Shown: positions 59,418 to 64,000 of the stretch, in pieces
Position numbering within the stretch: position 1 is the first letter of the stretch
How the letters are laid out: every line of letters begins with the position of its first letter
From: Alphaproteobacteria bacterium
GTDB taxonomy: Bacteria; Pseudomonadota; Alphaproteobacteria; Bin95
DNA length: 64,000 nt
NCBI GenBank assembly: GCA_963665325.3
Contig: CAXXWS020000004.1
Span: forward strand, 224,001 to 288,000
Reading direction: 5' to 3'
Notes under the pieces: model-generated
Database searches by the model: none
The model's input: only the letters and a program-made list of their open reading frames with translations
What the model was told of the DNA's origin: nothing
Made by a program: the position numbers and the translations under genes

Positions 59418-60275
59418 ATGCCGTTCGAAGCCGTTCCGCTGTCCGGGTCCCTCGGTGCGGAGATTCGGGGTGTCGATCTCGGCAGCCTCGACGACGCCGG
59501 TTTCGCGGCGGTGCATGCCGCGCTGCTGGAATACGGGGTGGTCGCCTTCCGGGGCCAGGAACTCGATCCCGACGCCTATCTCGCCTTTGCGAAGCGCTGG
59601 GGCGACATCCACCTGCATCCCCACCTGAAGGGGCTCGACGACCGGCCGGAGATCATCGAGATCGTGCGCGAGGCGGACGACCCGACGGGCTTCGCCGACC
59701 ACTGGCACACGGACCAGAGCTTCACGAAGACGCCCGCCATGGCGACCCTGCTCTATGCGAAGGAAGTACCGGCGGCCGGCGGCGACACGCTGTTCGCCAA
59801 TCTTTACGCCTCCTATGACGCGCTCTCCGGCGGCATGAAGGCGACGGCAGCCCGCCTGCGCACGCACAATCTCTACAACAAGCAGGCGCCGCGTTCGGAA
59901 AAGATGCAGATGCGCGTGACCGAGAAGGACAAGCCCGCCGAGCCGGCATACCACCCGCTTGTGCGCGTCCATCCCGAGACCGGGCGCCCGGCGCTCTATC
60001 TGAGCGATTCCCGCAGCACGAGGCGCTTCGAAGGCATGACCGAGGAGGAGAGCCTGCCGCTGCTCGACTGGCTGATGAGCCATGCGACGAGGCCGGAATT
60101 CACCTGCCGGTTGCGCTGGGAAAAGGGCACGCTCGCCATCTGGGACAATCGCCGCCTGATGCACATGGCCGTGAACGACTATTTCGGCCAGCGGCGGGTC
60201 ATGCAGCGCATCACCATCAAGGGCGGACCCACCGTCGGCATCCTCGACGCGGCGGCAGCCCGGCAGGCGGCTTAG
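59418..60275 (+). CDS. TauD/TfdA family dioxygenase
   Basis: WHTDQSF, GGDTLFA, HPLVRVHPETG and WDNRRLMH motifs. Confidence 0.92.
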   Translation: MPFEAVPLSGSLGAEIRGVDLGSLDDAGFAAVHAALLEYGVVAFRGQELDPDAYLAFAKRWGDIHLHPHLKGLDDRPEIIEIVREADDPTGFADHWHTDQSFTKTPAMATLLYAKEVPAAGGDTLFANLYASYDALSGGMKATAARLRTHNLYNKQAPRSEKMQMRVTEKDKPAEPAYHPLVRVHPETGRPALYLSDSRSTRRFEGMTEEESLPLLDWLMSHATRPEFTCRLRWEKGTLAIWDNRRLMHMAVNDYFGQRRVMQRITIKGGPTVGILDAAAARQAA

Positions 60276-60394
60276 GGCGGGCTCTCGGAGCCGCGAGCCA
60301 CGCGGCGGCTGAGCGGGGCCGGCTTAGGCCGGCGCCCGCAGTACAGGCGTCGCCTCATGGGCAACCGAACCGGCGACTTGTCACCAAATATCTT

Positions 60395-60423
60395 TTGACC
60401 ACTGTCGGCATGCACGGTACACT
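60395..60423 (+). promoter_or_regulatory. sigma70 promoter of higBA (leaderless)
   Basis: TTGACC-N17-TACACT, 6 nt before the GTG start. Confidence 0.7.
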
Positions 60424-60429
60424 CTACAA

Positions 60430-60708
60430 GTGATCGGCACCTTCCGGCATCGCGGCTTGCGAGAGCTCTATGAGCGAGGACATTCGTCAAAGGTGGCGCA
60501 GGGGCATATCGCGAAGCTGTCGCGCATACTGACCGCCCTAGACCGGAGTTCCGGTCCGGAAGGAATGGATATCCCCGGCTTCCGGCTCCATCCTCTCAGG
60601 GGCCGCATGCGTGGACACCATGCGGTGTCCGTCTCCGCCAACTGGCGGGTGACGTTCCGGTTCGAAGATGGCTACGCAGTCGATGTCGACTATCTGGATT
60701 ACCACTAG
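60430..60708 (+). CDS. higB: HigB (RelE/ParE-family) toxin
   Basis: FRHRGL..LY, PGFRLHPL.G and SVSANWRVTFRF..VDYLDYH motifs. Confidence 0.9.
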   Translation: MIGTFRHRGLRELYERGHSSKVAQGHIAKLSRILTALDRSSGPEGMDIPGFRLHPLRGRMRGHHAVSVSANWRVTFRFEDGYAVDVDYLDYH

Positions 60709-60719
60709 GAGGCCCTGGC

Positions 60720-61007
60720 ATGGCTATGAAGAACCCCGTGCATCCCGGCGCAATCCTGCGCGAAGACTGCCTGAAGCCGTTGGGCCTTTCGGTTACCGAA
60801 GGCGCGAGGCGGCTTGGCGTCGGGCGCCAGACGCTGTCCAACCTGGTCAACGAAAAGGCGTCCATCTCGATCGAGATGGCCTATCGTCTCTCCAAGGCGT
60901 TCGGCTCAACCCCCGAGACATGGCTCGGCATGCAACTAGCCTTCGACCTCGCACAGTCGCGCCATCTGGAACGCACGATTACGGTCGAGCGAATCGCGGC
61001 CGCATAG
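60720..61007 (+). CDS. higA: HigA antitoxin
   Basis: NPVHPGAIL, HTH and EMA.RLSKAFGSTPETWL.MQ motifs. Confidence 0.92.
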   Translation: MAMKNPVHPGAILREDCLKPLGLSVTEGARRLGVGRQTLSNLVNEKASISIEMAYRLSKAFGSTPETWLGMQLAFDLAQSRHLERTITVERIAAA

Positions 61008-61056
61008 AGAGCGGCCGACGGCCGGCGCTCACAAGGTCGCGCCAAACCGGCCGCGA

Positions 61057-61461
61057 TCAGCCCAGTTCGGCCAGTTTCGCCTCGGCTACGGCCGCGCGGC
61101 GCAGGGCGGCGGCGCGGCGGCGCTCGTCGTCCGTGTCGGCCGCATCCTCGCGCGCCTCGCGCAGTTCCCGCTCGACTTCCGCCCGGTCGAGCTCGGCGAG
61201 CGGCACGGCCTCTTCCGCCAGCACGGTGCAGCGCTCGGGCGTGACCTCCGCAAAGCCGCCGGCGACGAAAATTTCCGCCGGCTCTCCCCCGCCGTCATGC
61301 AGCCGGATCGTGCCGGGGCGCACGGTGGAGATCAGCGGCGAATGGCGCGGCAGCACGCCAAAATCGCCGGCGCCGCCCGGCACCACCACCATGTCGGCCT
61401 CTTGCGAGAGCAGCAGGCGCTCGGGCGTGACCAGTTCGAATGCGACCTTGCCGTCCGCCAT
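61057..61461 (-). CDS. atpC: ATP synthase F1 epsilon subunit
   Basis: FELVTPE, GDFGVL..H.PL and GGFAEV motifs. Confidence 0.95.
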   Translation of the reverse strand: MADGKVAFELVTPERLLLSQEADMVVVPGGAGDFGVLPRHSPLISTVRPGTIRLHDGGGEPAEIFVAGGFAEVTPERCTVLAEEAVPLAELDRAEVERELREAREDAADTDDERRRAAALRRAAVAEAKLAELG

Positions 61462-61463
61462 CG

Positions 61464-63787
<2,324 letters not shown>

Positions 63788-63799
63788 GGCGGCGTCGGC

Positions 63800-64000
63800 T
63801 CAGGCGAAGGTCTTGGCGAAGGCGGCGACGACGGCGTCCACCTCCTTCTCGGTGTCGTCGTCGAGGTCCCCGGTTGCGTCGATGCGCGCCATCAGTTCGC
63901 CATGCCGGGCCTTGATCTCGCCCAGCAGCCCTTCCTCGAAGCGGGTCACGTCGCGCACACCGATGCCGTCCAGATAGCCGCGCACGCCGGCGAAGATCGC
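63800..64000 (-). CDS. atpA: ATP synthase F1 alpha subunit, C-terminal fragment
   Basis: AIFAGVRGYLD..V.RFE..F.KTF; directly upstream of atpG. Confidence 0.88.
   Translation of the reverse strand, partial: AIFAGVRGYLDGIGVRDVTRFEEGLLGEIKARHGELMARIDATGDLDDDTEKEVDAVVAAFAKTFA

Overview
GC-rich alphaproteobacterial chromosome segment. The assignment is inferred from the hemC-hemD-COG4223-hemY/tsaD-gpsA synteny, mreBCD-mrdA-rodA, a phasin and a stand-alone F1 atpAGDC operon. The backbone holds housekeeping, ABC transport and catabolic genes. A ~19 kb integrative-mobilizable element (20034-39097) is bounded by a 10-bp direct repeat (TGCTCGGTGT). It carries two tandem tyrosine recombinases, a MobF/TrwC relaxase with a repeated C-terminal extension, three RHH/MobC-like paralogs and an IS1634. 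Its cargo is a Slam (type XI secretion) translocon plus three TbpB-barrel surface lipoproteins, two of them with HExxH metalloprotease domains. The cargo block is enclosed by a perfect 23-bp inverted repeat (26718-26740 / 36546-36568), each copy lying just downstream of a sigma70-like promoter. This suggests either an invertible, phase-variable surface-display cassette or a duplicated cis-regulatory element. Other points: a selenocysteine-containing BCP peroxiredoxin missed by the ORF track (6353-6793), a 1.1 kb GIY-YIG islet flanked by a 34-bp duplication of a gene 3' end, an orphan Phd antitoxin and a HigBA pair. No tRNA, rRNA or CRISPR array was seen. All family calls come from motif recognition by eye, not from database searches.
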